DNA from: Succinatimonas hippei | GTDB taxonomy: Bacteria > Pseudomonadota > Gammaproteobacteria > Enterobacterales > Succinivibrionaceae | DNA: 64,000 nt | Direction of reading: 5' to 3' | Assembly (NCBI GenBank): GCA_004557545.1 | Contig: SFGV01000004.1 | Coordinates: 3,166-67,165, forward strand | Shown: positions 1 through 10,893 of the stretch, in pieces | How positions within the stretch are numbered: the first letter of the stretch is position 1 | Layout: every line of letters starts with the position of its first letter | Translations under genes and position numbers: made by a program | Notes under the pieces: model-generated | What the model saw: only the letters and a program-made list of their open reading frames with translations | What the model was told of the DNA's origin: nothing | Database searches by the model: none

Positions 1-220
1 CTGCCCTGCTTAATTACCCCTGATAACACGCCTCCCGGTTCCTGTCTGGTTTGCCTATAGAGAACCAAATTCCGCGCTATATCTGAATCTTACCTGATAA
101 CCACTAAAAGCGTTAACGCTCAGGAAGATCCGGATAAGCAAATTTCTGAAGCATCCCGGCTGACGACTGACTGCCGGGAATTTCAGATTTTAAACCACAG
201 CCTATAGTCCTGATACTTTC

Positions 221-1321
221 TCACAGACTGCCCGATGGAATTTTCGGAGCGACGCTCTTCACATTAAAACACTGCGCCTGTTGCATCATCGCAGCGTCAA
301 GCAACACGAGAGCGAGCATTGCCTCAGCGATAGGAACAGCCCTGACCCCGACACAAGGATCATGTCTGCCTCGGGTTACAACATCAACCTCATTACCATC
401 AACATCAAGACTGCGTCCCGGCGAAAGAATGCTTGATGTCGGCTTGAGCGCCATGCGCGCCTTAATGATCTGACCTGAGCTTATTCCGCCAAGGATCCCT
501 CCGCTGTGGTTTGAGCAGAAACCGTCCTTGCGGATCTCATCTCGCGCCTGAGTGCCGCGCATTGCCGCCATGGCAAAGCCGTCACCGATCTCAACTCCTT
601 TAACGGCATTTATACCCATAAGAGCCGAAGCGATTGCGGCGTCGAGCCGGTCAAAAACCGGACTGCCCCAGCCCGCGGGAACACCGCTGGCGCGAACCTC
701 TACCACCGCTCCGACAGAATCCCCATTTACCGCCAGATCCTTAAACAGCGCTTTGAGCTCGTCTGTTTTGGACGGATCAGCAAAATTAAACTCACTCTCA
801 AGAGCGGCCTTTTGGTCAAAGCAATCCGCTTTGAGGGGTCCTATGGCGGTAACACATCCTGCGATCGTGACGTTAAAAAGCTCTGACAGGACTTTTATTG
901 CCACAGCTCCCGCGGCAACCCTCATCGCGGTTTCACGGGCTGAAGCCCTGCCGCCGCCGCGGTAATCACGGATCCCGTATTTGGCAAGATAGGTGTAATC
1001 CGCGTGTCCCGGACGGAACATCCTGCTGATGGCGCCATAATCCTGAGAGCGCTGTGATGTATTGCTGATGATTAAACCTATAGGCGTACCCGTGGTTTTT
1101 CCCTCAAATACGCCAGAGATGATTTTTACCTTATCACCCTCATTTCGCGGGGTACCATAGCGTGTGGATCCCGGACGCCTTCGGTCGAGCAGAGGCTGAA
1201 TATCCTCCTCTGAGAGATCTATCTGAGGCGGACAGCCATCGATTATGGCTGCCAGCGCCTCTCCATGACTTTCCCCACAGGTCGTTACTCTGAATATCTC
1301 CCCAAATGTATTCCCCGCCAT
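221..1321 (-). CDS. aroC: Chorismate synthase
   Basis: MAGNTFG start, [21 protein letters not shown] and RGRHDPC motifs. Confidence 0.97.
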   Translation of the reverse strand: MAGNTFGEIFRVTTCGESHGEALAAIIDGCPPQIDLSEEDIQPLLDRRRPGSTRYGTPRNEGDKVKIISGVFEGKTTGTPIGLIISNTSQRSQDYGAISRMFRPGHADYTYLAKYGIRDYRGGGRASARETAMRVAAGAVAIKVLSELFNVTIAGCVTAIGPLKADCFDQKAALESEFNFADPSKTDELKALFKDLAVNGDSVGAVVEVRASGVPAGWGSPVFDRLDAAIASALMGINAVKGVEIGDGFAMAAMRGTQARDEIRKDGFCSNHSGGILGGISSGQIIKARMALKPTSSILSPGRSLDVDGNEVDVVTRGRHDPCVGVRAVPIAEAMLALVLLDAAMMQQAQCFNVKSVAPKIPSGSL

Positions 1322-1322
1322 C

Positions 1323-2345
1323 TCAGCTCTCCTCAGATTTACCCGCGGCTACGGTCTTTACGAAAAACTCATGGTAGGCCTCAAGCTGCTCACGCGAGAG
1401 CACAAAAACCCCGCGCCCGCCCTTGCTCAGGTCAACGAAATGGAATGGCACCATTGGGAACGCGTCAACGAGATTCTGCTCTGAATTGCCAACCTCCATA
1501 ACGAGTATTCCATCCTCATCTAGAAAGCCCGCAGCATCGGCAAGTATGCGCCTGGCGCAGTCAAGCCCGTCATCCCCTGAACCTAAAGCTATGTCCGGCT
1601 CTTTGGTGAACTCAGTCGGCATAGCCTCAAGATCCTCACGATCGACATAAGGAGGATTGGCGATGATCAGATCGTATTTATCTCCTTTGGGCAGGTTTGA
1701 GAAGAGATCGCTCTTGATGGGGGTAACCACGTTTTCAAGATCATAGGCACCAATATTGATTTCACATACCTCAAGCGCCTCATCGTCTATATCCACCGCG
1801 TCGACCTCCGCCTCACCGTCAAACTGAAGCGCCACCGCTACGGCTATGCACCCTGAACCCGTGCACATATCGAGCACTCTCTGAGGTTCCCGATCAAGAT
1901 ATGGCGAAAATCCGTTTTCAATCATTTCGGCAATTGGCGATCTGGGCACGATCACCCTGCTATCAACATAAAACTCATGACCACAGAAAAACGCCCGGTG
2001 AGTGAGATAAGGAGTAGGAATACGCTCAAGCACCCGCAGGCAGGTAATTTTTGCGATAAGCGCGCGCTCTGAGCTGGTTAATCTTGAGTTAAGTGTCGAG
2101 TCATCACAAGGCGGCGTAAGGTGCATAACCGCCTGCACTATCTCAAGCGCCTCATCCCAGTAGTTATCCGACCCATGCCCCGCGTAAACGCGGTGGGCCG
2201 CGAAAACTGAAACGAGATAACGCACGGCGTCCTGTACCGTAGACATCTGATTTATAAGCGCGTCGCAAATTTCTTCCCGGGTGGGAATTTCATCAAGAGC
2301 GCCGTAGATCTCGGCAATCTCCGGATTGCCAGACAATTTAGACAT
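1323..2345 (-). CDS. prmB: 50S ribosomal protein L3 N5-glutamine methyltransferase
   Basis: [32 protein letters not shown] and NPPYV motifs; adjacent to aroC. Confidence 0.95.
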   Translation of the reverse strand: MSKLSGNPEIAEIYGALDEIPTREEICDALINQMSTVQDAVRYLVSVFAAHRVYAGHGSDNYWDEALEIVQAVMHLTPPCDDSTLNSRLTSSERALIAKITCLRVLERIPTPYLTHRAFFCGHEFYVDSRVIVPRSPIAEMIENGFSPYLDREPQRVLDMCTGSGCIAVAVALQFDGEAEVDAVDIDDEALEVCEINIGAYDLENVVTPIKSDLFSNLPKGDKYDLIIANPPYVDREDLEAMPTEFTKEPDIALGSGDDGLDCARRILADAAGFLDEDGILVMEVGNSEQNLVDAFPMVPFHFVDLSKGGRGVFVLSREQLEAYHEFFVKTVAAGKSEES

Positions 2346-2479
2346 AGATGACCCTGATTTGTGAAATGACGCCTAAAGCTGGCGCCTTATGTCAATTTTA
2401 GCAAAAAGCAGGATTAAGCAGAAAATACCGGATAGCCGCAATGTTTTAGGACAGGAACTGAAAATAGATGTTATGAAAT

Positions 2480-2719
2480 TCAGTACCAGGCATATGTCAT
2501 GTTTCCTTTAAGATTGTTCTCTCTTTTTCTCATATTAAAACCAAAGATTGCTTTTCTGACATAAAGCATACTTAAACTATCAACAGATGAAAATATCTTA
2601 CCGGATACAGGGTCAAAATGAATGTCAAAATCAGGCTTGGCAAGTCTTGAGTCATAAACATGGACATGCATTCTTACCGTTCCATCCTCAAGAATGGCTA
2701 CATTTATCATTTCCAGCAT
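2480..2719 (-). CDS. Small hypothetical protein (79 aa)
   Basis: AT-rich ORF with GAGG SD upstream; no recognised family. Confidence 0.6.
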   Translation of the reverse strand: MLEMINVAILEDGTVRMHVHVYDSRLAKPDFDIHFDPVSGKIFSSVDSLSMLYVRKAIFGFNMRKRENNLKGNMTYAWY

Positions 2720-2986
2720 TGAAATTACCTCAAAACATAGCCCTGCGGTTAGATCATGAGTAAAGTTTCAAATTCCCTGTCAGCTTAAATTTATCGGGCT
2801 TTAATATGAAGTCACGCACTTTTAGGAAAACAACATCAAATCAATTAAAAGTATATGAGGGGATCATGGTTTAATTTTAAAAAACTTTATGGCCGGAGCC
2901 GAAGATAAAATTAACCCCGGAGCCATTAACATGTTAAGGCGTCTCCGGGGTCTAATCACTGACTGATAAGCCAAATTTTAAAATGG

Positions 2987-3406
2987 TTACTGGTTATTAT
3001 CTGAAATCAGATAGTCCTTTTTGGTAGTACCATCGCGTTCCATCACAGTGCGTAGTAACACCGGAGTTTTACCCTGACCAGACCAGGTATGCTCAACACC
3101 ATTCACATCGACATAACGATAACGCGCCTGCATTACGCGTTTTGGACCATCACGCAGGCCATTCTCACTGACAGGCTCAATTCCCGATATGTCATTTTTT
3201 GTAAGACCGTATTTTTTAACAAGCTTCTGAACTTCCTTAATACCTGTAAGTTTTTCTTCTTTTGATGCCTTGGCTTTTTCCTCAGCCTCAATATGCTCCT
3301 GCTTAATTTTATTGATCCTGGTAATAAGAGCGTCAATATTACTCACACTCTTGCCAGCAAGAGCCTCTCTTAAACTTCTGATGCTGTAAAGTTCTTTAGA
3401 ATCCAT
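2987..3406 (-). CDS. H-NS family nucleoid-associated protein
   Basis: N-terminal coiled coil (SIRSLR), C-terminal YRY..TWSGQGKTP motif, AAGGA SD. Confidence 0.9.
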   Translation of the reverse strand: MDSKELYSIRSLREALAGKSVSNIDALITRINKIKQEHIEAEEKAKASKEEKLTGIKEVQKLVKKYGLTKNDISGIEPVSENGLRDGPKRVMQARYRYVDVNGVEHTWSGQGKTPVLLRTVMERDGTTKKDYLISDNNQ

Positions 3407-3878
3407 TTTATTTCCTTAAAATTACTGTTTTGACTAATATACAACAACATGGAATTAATTTTAGACTAACACAAATTTTTTTATATTTTATTTGCTCCGC
3501 CCAAATAATCTTCTGTTTAATAGATAACAACTATTTATATTTTTATGATTATTTGGTAACAGATAGAAAATTTATATAAACAACAAGTATGAGATTTACA
3601 GTAATCTTTCCCCTTTATTGAGACCACCATCAGACTCTGAATTACATGACAAAACGCACTCTAAAGAGGCACTTTGTCTCGTCTGGCATACTTGGTAGGT
3701 CATCCAGATCAGCATAAAATTTGACATCAATCATATTTAACATGCTTTTTGCAATGATCTTCAAAAAAATAACATTCTCTTGTTATATCTAAATAATATG
3801 TGTCGTTGCCCACAAAAGTGCGACAAGCCTGACCTTATACTTAGTTAAAAGAAAAACAAAAGGAGTGGAGATTTTTAA

Positions 3879-4085
3879 ATGAGAGTATTTACCAAGTACA
3901 CCCCAAAGCGCATTGCCAGATATGTGATGTCGTTCTTCAGTGGGACCTTCCTGATTGAAGGGCTTGGTGTTTTTCATTTCAATTACGGGCGTGTGATAAT
4001 TGACAGCATTCTGTCCCCTGCCCGGATGAAGGTATGCCGCGAGGTAAACTCTGAGATCGCCATGCTCATGGCGGCCCGCGCCTGA
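3879..4085 (+). CDS. ytfK: DUF1107 / YtfK-like protein
   Basis: 68 aa; pattern F.KY.P..IARYV..FF.G...I.G.G.F.F..GR....EVN matches the YtfK family as recalled; AGGAG/GGAG SD. Confidence 0.8.
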   Translation: MRVFTKYTPKRIARYVMSFFSGTFLIEGLGVFHFNYGRVIIDSILSPARMKVCREVNSEIAMLMAARA

Positions 4086-4175
4086 GTTTTGGATTTTTCC
4101 TCTAAGACGGCTGTCTCCCGCCACTCTTTAAGCGTAAAGATCCTGCCAGATGTTTTGCTATGACAGGATTTTATT

Positions 4176-4880
4176 TCACACCAAAGCCCTTTCAACCTCG
4201 CTGTTTATGGCTTCAAGCGCCGCCAGCGGATCGTCAGCTTTTGTAATAGGACGACCGATTACCAGATAATCAGAACCGCCGCGTATAGCGTCAAAAGGTG
4301 TAGTAATTCTTATCTGATCGCCAACCGCGGCTCCTTTGGGTCTTACTCCAGGTGTCACGCAGAGAAAATCCTTTCCACAGGCTTTTTTTATTTCGCTAAC
4401 CTCCCTTGGGCTTGAGACAGTTCCGTCAAGCCCGCAGGAGCTCACAAGACGCGCCAGCGAGAGCACCTGATCTATAGGCTCCTTGTTTATTCCTATGCCC
4501 TCAAGCTGTTCTCTGTCCATGGAGGTGAGGACGGTAACTCCTATCAGCAAAGGGCGGTCGCGCAGACCAGATAAGGTTTCACAGGCCGCGGTCATCATCT
4601 TGCTGCCGCCTGAGGCGTGCACGTTAACCATCCATACTCCCATGCGGGCCGCCATCAGGCATGCTTTTGACACGGTGTTGGGAATATCATGAAACTTAAG
4701 ATCCAAAAAGACCTTGAAGCCCTTATCCACCAGGAAACGGACAAAGGACGGACCTTCAGCCGTGAACATCTCATTTCCGACCTTAAGACAGCACTTTGAA
4801 GGATCCACCTTCGAGACGAAAGAGAAAGCCTCATCCGCGTGTTCATAATCAAGCGCCACAATGACTCTAGGGTCTTTCAT
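4176..4880 (-). CDS. pyrF: Orotidine-5'-phosphate decarboxylase
   Basis: VIVALD, FLDLKFHDIPNT, VTPGVR and VIGRPIT motifs. Confidence 0.97.
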   Translation of the reverse strand: MKDPRVIVALDYEHADEAFSFVSKVDPSKCCLKVGNEMFTAEGPSFVRFLVDKGFKVFLDLKFHDIPNTVSKACLMAARMGVWMVNVHASGGSKMMTAACETLSGLRDRPLLIGVTVLTSMDREQLEGIGINKEPIDQVLSLARLVSSCGLDGTVSSPREVSEIKKACGKDFLCVTPGVRPKGAAVGDQIRITTPFDAIRGGSDYLVIGRPITKADDPLAALEAINSEVERALV

Positions 4881-4881
4881 T

Positions 4882-6045
4882 TCAGTCTCCGTCTATTCCT
4901 TTTCTAAGTCCCAGACTCTCCCATCTGCGGCAGGATGGGCATTGCCAGAACATAACTGATGATTCAAAACCGCAACGGGTGCAAACATAGACAGGTGAGG
5001 AAACGACCTGCGCATCAATCAGACTCTTCATCTGGGCAAGATCCTGAGCGTCAGCGCTGGCAAACGTGCGTGAACGCAGTGAGAGTAATTCAGAAAAAAG
5101 CCTGAGGTTTGGATGCTCCTTGAGAAATTCCCCTGCCATGCTCACAGCGTCATCAAGACCTGAGTTTTCAGCGACTATCCTCACAAGCTCACACATAACC
5201 GAGGCTGATCCCGTACGGTGCAGAAGATCCTCAAGCGCGATCCTGTACGCCGGATCAGCCTTATTACGATAGCAGTGTTTAAGACATTCAAGACATAGCA
5301 TGCCGCTGCGCCGGTCTTTGGAGCTGGCCTGCTTTATATACTTAACCGCGTCCTGATTTTTGCCCTCTCTCGCGCAAAGCTCGGCCATCATAAGAAAGGG
5401 TCTTATTGACTCGCTTTTAGTCGCGATTGCCTTTTCAAAAAAATCCCGGGCTTTTTTATTCTCATTACGTGACAGCGCCTGATTGCCAAGCTCACAGTAA
5501 TAATTCGCGAGAGGCTTGGCCAAATTGTGTCCCAGTACATTGCTATAGCGGTTGACAACCTCGATAGCCGAGGCGAAGTCACTCTCGCGTTCATAGACTT
5601 TTGTCAGCAGAACCGCCGCCTCAGATCTCTGACGGGGGATTTCAACTAAAGCCCTGAGGATCTCCTCGGCGCGGTCAAATACGCCGGCGTTGATGTAATC
5701 ACGCGAGAGCTCCAGTCTTGCGAGTTCCTGCTCAACCTCGTCAGTGCTCTCGTCCTTGGCCATTTTCTCGTGAAGTGCGATGGCCTTTTCGGTATCACCG
5801 CGCTGACGCATGAGATTACCAAGGGCAAGTCTAGTTTCAAATGTAGGATCGGAGGCGTTGAGATAGTTAATGAAATTGTCTACAGCCTTTTCATGGTTGT
5901 CTGACAGAAGATACTCAACACCCTTAAGGTAGGCTCTGCTGTTCTTGTTTTTACGGTTTATGCGGTTAAGCCTGGCCGTTCCGCGTCCCATGAAATAACC
6001 ATAAAACGCGGCAACCGGCAGGAGCAGAAACAGCAGTTCAAGCAT
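4882..6045 (-). CDS. lapB: LPS assembly protein B (TPR repeats + rubredoxin domain)
   Basis: MLELLFLLLPVAA.YG anchor; C-terminal CxxC..WQCPSC. Confidence 0.93.
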   Translation of the reverse strand: MLELLFLLLPVAAFYGYFMGRGTARLNRINRKNKNSRAYLKGVEYLLSDNHEKAVDNFINYLNASDPTFETRLALGNLMRQRGDTEKAIALHEKMAKDESTDEVEQELARLELSRDYINAGVFDRAEEILRALVEIPRQRSEAAVLLTKVYERESDFASAIEVVNRYSNVLGHNLAKPLANYYCELGNQALSRNENKKARDFFEKAIATKSESIRPFLMMAELCAREGKNQDAVKYIKQASSKDRRSGMLCLECLKHCYRNKADPAYRIALEDLLHRTGSASVMCELVRIVAENSGLDDAVSMAGEFLKEHPNLRLFSELLSLRSRTFASADAQDLAQMKSLIDAQVVSSPVYVCTRCGFESSVMFWQCPSCRRWESLGLRKGIDGD

Positions 6046-6048
6046 GCA

Positions 6049-6348
6049 TCAGCCTTTTGAAGGCTTTTCTTCGGAATTACCCTGCTGAGCTACTGACTTT
6101 CTGACGCTCTTAAGCTCTGAGCGGGAAGCGTGTGCCTGCCGCCACATGCGCCAGCAGAAAACCAGAGAAAGGTAGAAACCGCAGAACATGCCGAGCAGAA
6201 CACCGATCACAAGCACGGTGCTCACCGGGATCCGCGCGTTACCAAGCAGGTAGTCAAAGGTAACGATCTCACCGTTACCAGAACCAAGCGCCAGACCAAC
6301 TGAGATCAGAAGCACCAGGACTATGACATAGATCCAAGCTTTAATCAT
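6049..6348 (-). CDS. lapA: LPS assembly protein A
   Basis: Two hydrophobic helices around V.FDYL; located between ihfB and lapB. Confidence 0.85.
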   Translation of the reverse strand: MIKAWIYVIVLVLLISVGLALGSGNGEIVTFDYLLGNARIPVSTVLVIGVLLGMFCGFYLSLVFCWRMWRQAHASRSELKSVRKSVAQQGNSEEKPSKG

Positions 6349-6408
6349 AAAAAACTCATTGAGGTCACGTGCATGACGCCGTTAAAACGGCGTCACAGAG
6401 TCTTTAAA

Positions 6409-6705
6409 TCATTCTGATTTGGGCTGCTGGTTATCCACTCTGGCGCGAAGCTCAACACCCGGCTTGAAATGGACTACACGACGGCGATCCAATGAGACCT
6501 GCTCACCGGTTTTAGGATTGTGGGCGATTCTGGGCTCTCTGACTCTGATCTCAAAGCTTCCAAAACCGCGGATCTCAATGCGGTCACCAGCGGCCAGAGT
6601 CTCAATCATCACTTCAAAGATCTCTCTTACAGCGTTGTCGATCTCACGAGGATTGGTGTAAGGGAATTTTCCAACGAGATTGTTGATAAGTTCAGCCCGA
6701 GTCAT
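6409..6705 (-). CDS. ihfB: Integration host factor beta subunit
   Basis: RIEIRGFGSF, NPKTGE and HFKPG motifs; start reassigned to ATG 6705 (GGAG SD). Confidence 0.95.
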   Translation of the reverse strand: MTRAELINNLVGKFPYTNPREIDNAVREIFEVMIETLAAGDRIEIRGFGSFEIRVREPRIAHNPKTGEQVSLDRRRVVHFKPGVELRARVDNQQPKSE

Positions 6706-6975
6706 TGTTGCGCTCCATATGCTAAAAATAATCCGCACTTTTTAACATGCTAATGCATTCTGAACCAAAATGCGGTTTTAATCCAATCGCGCGGCGCCGG
6801 ATCACTCTGCACACTGCGCTTACGCTGTTTTGCCGATCCTTTGCCCCATATTGAATCAGGATCCGTGTGCCTGATCCACCATGCTTAAACAGGTGGCTGG
6901 CACATATAGTGACAATTTTAATTGAAAAAATACTAAAATCAAAATAATTCAAATAATTTTGACGGAGATCCGCAT

Positions 6976-8259
6976 ATGAGCGGCCCCATTAAAGAAAAGA
7001 AAAACTCCAAAGAACAAATTTTAAACCTGGTTCGTCAGGCATCAGCGGGGATCCAGAAACACGACCTTAAGGCTGATACAGTAAGAGAGACCTCGGTTTT
7101 ATGTGATGGCCTGCAATTATCATCACGTTATGACAGACAGGCTCTAGCCTCGTATCAGTTAAAAAATATTGATTTTAAAAAAGACATCTGGATTTACGGA
7201 CCAGGGCTTGGGGATAGCGCGCGCATGGCATGCGGGCTTATATCGTCTGGTCACACTGTACATGTGGTCGTGATCTGCCCCATACTCTTTTGTCAGCTTT
7301 GTGAAACTGACGCCTTTGACGGACTTTTTACCAATCCTAAAATTTCATTTGAGCTTGGAGGTGACAGCTATCCCATACATCAAAACTCCTGCTGCTGTTT
7401 CACTGAGCTTATGCTTGAAATGAATTACGCCAATACTCTTAAGACCTCGCTACGCTGTGCCTTAGATGAGGATTATGCCAAAAAGAATTTCAAAAACAGC
7501 ATCGGGGCTCGGATGCTCAAAAGGGCCAGAGCCAATCTGAGCGCGCTGCGCTCTGAAAGACCTCTTACACAGGATGTCCTCCCGCAATGTCAGAGCGCGG
7601 CTGTGCTCTGCTCAGGGCCATCGCTTGAAAGTGATTTTTCAAAACTCAAAAGCTGGCTTTCCGCTCATCCGGGCGCAAAAGTAATTGCCGTTGAAACCGC
7701 GCTTATTTATCTTGAGAAAACGGATCTCATACCGGACTTTATAGTAAATATCGATGATCTTGCCGCCTTACGCGCCGGAGATATGTATATGAAAGATCCG
7801 TCATATTATAAAAAAAGCGCTCTAATATACGCGGTGTCATCACCTGAGAAGCTCTGGGGTTCTTTTGAAGGACCGCGCTACTATCTGACTACACAAAGCA
7901 TGTCTGCCGCTATACCTGAACTGCCGGTCTCAATGAGTTTATACAGCTCCGGCTCTGTAGCGCTTACCGCTGTGTCACTGTCACTCGCGCTTGGCGCGAC
8001 AGAAATTGCCCTGCTTGGAGCTGACTTTGCCTACGACAACGGCTACTCTCACGCCGGACTAAAAATTGGAAATGATCCGCTGACAGGTACGGTCGGGCGT
8101 ATCAGGGTTATGTGTAATGACGGACAACTCAGGGATACCCAGCGTAATTTTCTGGTATACCGCGAAGATCTGGCATCACTAATCGCCTCAAGACCTGATG
8201 TCAAATTTCAAAATCTCGCGTCCCATGGCGCGGTGATCCGAGGAGCGCTGGCAATTTAA
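6976..8259 (+). CDS. Maf/DUF115 (MAF_flag10, MptE-like) family protein
   Basis: AVLCSGPSL, IAVETA, PDFIV.ID, GSVA..A..LA..LGA.EIALLGADFAY...HAG motifs. Confidence 0.75.
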   Translation: MSGPIKEKKNSKEQILNLVRQASAGIQKHDLKADTVRETSVLCDGLQLSSRYDRQALASYQLKNIDFKKDIWIYGPGLGDSARMACGLISSGHTVHVVVICPILFCQLCETDAFDGLFTNPKISFELGGDSYPIHQNSCCCFTELMLEMNYANTLKTSLRCALDEDYAKKNFKNSIGARMLKRARANLSALRSERPLTQDVLPQCQSAAVLCSGPSLESDFSKLKSWLSAHPGAKVIAVETALIYLEKTDLIPDFIVNIDDLAALRAGDMYMKDPSYYKKSALIYAVSSPEKLWGSFEGPRYYLTTQSMSAAIPELPVSMSLYSSGSVALTAVSLSLALGATEIALLGADFAYDNGYSHAGLKIGNDPLTGTVGRIRVMCNDGQLRDTQRNFLVYREDLASLIASRPDVKFQNLASHGAVIRGALAI

Positions 8260-8272
8260 CTCACAAAAAACA

Positions 8273-8344
8273 AAAAGTCCCGGAGAAAGAATTTCCCCGG
8301 GACTTCTGGAAGGAGGAGGTCAGCGACCTCCTCTTTTTGTTTTT
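8273..8344. terminator. Back-to-back intrinsic terminators for rpsA (-) and the maf gene (+)
   Basis: Hairpins AAGTCCCGG..CCGGGACTT and GAGGAGGTC..GACCTCCTC with flanking A and T runs. Confidence 0.75.
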
Positions 8345-8349
8345 GAAGG

Positions 8350-10026
8350 TTATTCCTTCTTGCCAGCAGCGGCGAAAGCAGCAGCCATAGCGGTAGTCTG
8401 CGGCTCCTGATTAGCCTGCTGGTTGACGGTCTCAAGAGCTTCCTTCTCATCAGCCTCATCTTTAGCACGGATGGACAGAGAGATCTGGTGAGTCTTGCGG
8501 TCAACGTTCATGAACTTGGCCTCAACGGTATCGCCAACCTTGAGAACAGTGGTGACATCGTCAACGCGGTCACGTGAAACGTCAGAGGCGCGGATATAAC
8601 CGGTGATGTTGTCGGCGAGCTGAACGGTAGCGCCGCGAGGCTCAACCTCGGTAACAGTACCAGTTACGATGCTGCCCTTATGATGCTCGGCGAGATACTC
8701 GGCAAACGGATCATTGGCGATCTGCTTGAGACCAAGGGAAATACGCTCGCGATCCGGATCAACCTGAAGGACAACAGCGGTAAGCTCATCGCCTTTCTTG
8801 AAGTTGCGGACAGCGTCTTCGCCGTTCTGCTGCCAGGAAATGTCTGACAGATGAACCAGACCATCGATGCCGCCATCAAGACCGATGAAGATACCGAAAT
8901 CGGTAATGCTCTTGACCTTACCGGTAACGCGATCGCCCTTGGCGTGGCTCTCGGCAAACTCAACCCAAGGATTAGGCTTGCACTGCTTGAGACCGAGGGA
9001 AATACGACGGCGCTCCTGATCGATATCAAGAACCTTAACCTTAACGGTATCACCGACAGAAACAACCTTGGAAGGATGGATGTTCTTGTTGGTCCAATCC
9101 ATCTCGGAGACGTGCACGAGGCCTTCAACGCCATCGGCAATCTCAACAAAGCAGCCATAATCGGTAAGATTGGTGACCTTGCCCTCAAGGATGGTGCCGA
9201 CAGGGAAGCGAGCGGCGACATCAGCCCAGGGATCCTCACCAAGCTGCTTGAGACCTAAGGAAACACGCTGACGCTCGCGGTCGAACTTGAGAACCTTGAC
9301 CTCGATCTCCTGACCCACGGTAACAATCTCTGAAGGGTGCTTGACGCGCTTCCATGCCATATCGGTGATGTGGAGCAGACCGTCTACGCCGCCGAGATCA
9401 ACGAACGCGCCGTAATCAGTGAGGTTCTTGACGATGCCCTTGACAACCTGACCTTCAGCCAGAGTTGAGAGGATCTTCTCGCGATCGGTTGAATGCTCAG
9501 CCTCAATGACGGCGCGGCGTGAAACCACGACGTTATTGCGCTTCTGATCGAGCTTGATGACCTTGAACTGAAGTTCCTTGCCCTCAAGCGGAGTGGTATC
9601 GCGTACAGGACGGATATCGACCAGTGAGCCAGGGAGGAAGGCACGGATACCGCCGAGCTGAACTGTGAAGCCGCCCTTGACCTTGCCGTCGATGGTGCCG
9701 TTGACGATCTCTTTGTTGTTGAACGCGTCTTCGAGCTGTTTCCAGGCCTCGTTACGCTTGGCTTTCTCACGGGAGAGAATGGTCTCGCCGTTGCCAGACT
9801 CGACAGACTCGAGGGCTACGTCGACGGTATCGCCAACCTTAACCTCAAGCTCGCCCTGGGCGTTCTTAAACTGCTCCTCGGGGATCTCCGACTCAGACTT
9901 GAGACCGGCGTCAACGATGACGAAGCCGTTCTCAATCTTGACAACCTTGCCCTTGACCATTGAGCCCGGGCGGGTCTCGACGTTGTTCTTCAGGGACTCT
10001 TCGAAAAGTTCTGCAAATGATTCCAT
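8350..10026 (-). CDS. rpsA: 30S ribosomal protein S1
   Basis: [11 protein letters not shown] start and tandem S1 repeats. Confidence 0.98.
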   Translation of the reverse strand: MESFAELFEESLKNNVETRPGSMVKGKVVKIENGFVIVDAGLKSESEIPEEQFKNAQGELEVKVGDTVDVALESVESGNGETILSREKAKRNEAWKQLEDAFNNKEIVNGTIDGKVKGGFTVQLGGIRAFLPGSLVDIRPVRDTTPLEGKELQFKVIKLDQKRNNVVVSRRAVIEAEHSTDREKILSTLAEGQVVKGIVKNLTDYGAFVDLGGVDGLLHITDMAWKRVKHPSEIVTVGQEIEVKVLKFDRERQRVSLGLKQLGEDPWADVAARFPVGTILEGKVTNLTDYGCFVEIADGVEGLVHVSEMDWTNKNIHPSKVVSVGDTVKVKVLDIDQERRRISLGLKQCKPNPWVEFAESHAKGDRVTGKVKSITDFGIFIGLDGGIDGLVHLSDISWQQNGEDAVRNFKKGDELTAVVLQVDPDRERISLGLKQIANDPFAEYLAEHHKGSIVTGTVTEVEPRGATVQLADNITGYIRASDVSRDRVDDVTTVLKVGDTVEAKFMNVDRKTHQISLSIRAKDEADEKEALETVNQQANQEPQTTAMAAAFAAAGKKE

Positions 10027-10133
10027 TAAGGTAAAAATCCAAAATTTCCCTTTCGCATCATGCTCTGAGGGTGTTGCTAAAATTACGGCGGCGTCATGCC
10101 ACCGCTGTTTCCGGTTTCCCGGAAAAATCTATA

Positions 10134-10811
10134 TCAGATGGAAATACGTGATTTGATGATTTCCATCGCCCTGGCAAAGACTTCATCTATGCCAAGCTCT
10201 GATGAGTCAAGCACCACAGCGTCATCAGCGGGCTTTAAGGGCGCTATGAGACGGTTGCGGTCACGTTCGTCACGCTCTTTAATCTCAGAGAGGATCAGCT
10301 CAAAATCAGCTTCCTTCCCCGCTGACTGCAACTGCTTTACTCTGCGCTGAGCCCTGACCTCCGCCGCGGCGTCAAGAAAAATCTTGACCTGCGCGTCAGG
10401 GAAAACCACAGTGCCCATATCACGCCCGTCAGCTACCAGTCCCGGTTCCTGACGGAAATCGCGCTGACGCTGCAGGAGAGCCTTGCGGACTGACGGGAGC
10501 TGCGCGACCTTGCTTGCGTTAACTCCGGCTTCCTCTGTGCGTATTGCCGATGAAACGTCCTGACCGCCTAAAAGGACATGCACTCCCTTCTCGGTAGGCT
10601 CAAATGACAGATCCATAACCGCCGCTTCCTGACAAAGCGAATCCTCATCAAAAAGCGCCAGCCCGGCTTTGCGCGCCGCGTAAGCGAGCACTCTGTAAAT
10701 AGCGCCGGAATCCAGAAGCTTAAATCCTAACTCAGAGGCCAGTCTTCTGGTAAGTTCGCCCTTTCCCGCGCCGCCTGGACCGTCAACTGCTATAACTGTT
10801 GCTTTACTCAT
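10134..10811 (-). CDS. cmk: Cytidylate kinase
   Basis: [19 protein letters not shown] and [15 protein letters not shown] motifs. Confidence 0.97.
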   Translation of the reverse strand: MSKATVIAVDGPGGAGKGELTRRLASELGFKLLDSGAIYRVLAYAARKAGLALFDEDSLCQEAAVMDLSFEPTEKGVHVLLGGQDVSSAIRTEEAGVNASKVAQLPSVRKALLQRQRDFRQEPGLVADGRDMGTVVFPDAQVKIFLDAAAEVRAQRRVKQLQSAGKEADFELILSEIKERDERDRNRLIAPLKPADDAVVLDSSELGIDEVFARAMEIIKSRISI

Positions 10812-10893
10812 TTTAATATCCTGTGAATTTGGGATTATACATGAAAATGAGAATAGCCGTCCAGAAGTTACTGATGTCCGAGTCCCTGATTTT

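Noticed and set aside
145..190. Hairpin downstream of aroC
   Set aside because: Consistent with a 3' stem or weak terminator; not enough evidence for an ncRNA at the window edge.
8664..10350. Several long alternative-frame and antisense ORFs over rpsA and cmk (similar cases over recR, fabB, qseC, edd, the MCPs and thrA)
   Set aside because: Shadow ORFs caused by codon bias in well-supported genes; no independent motifs.
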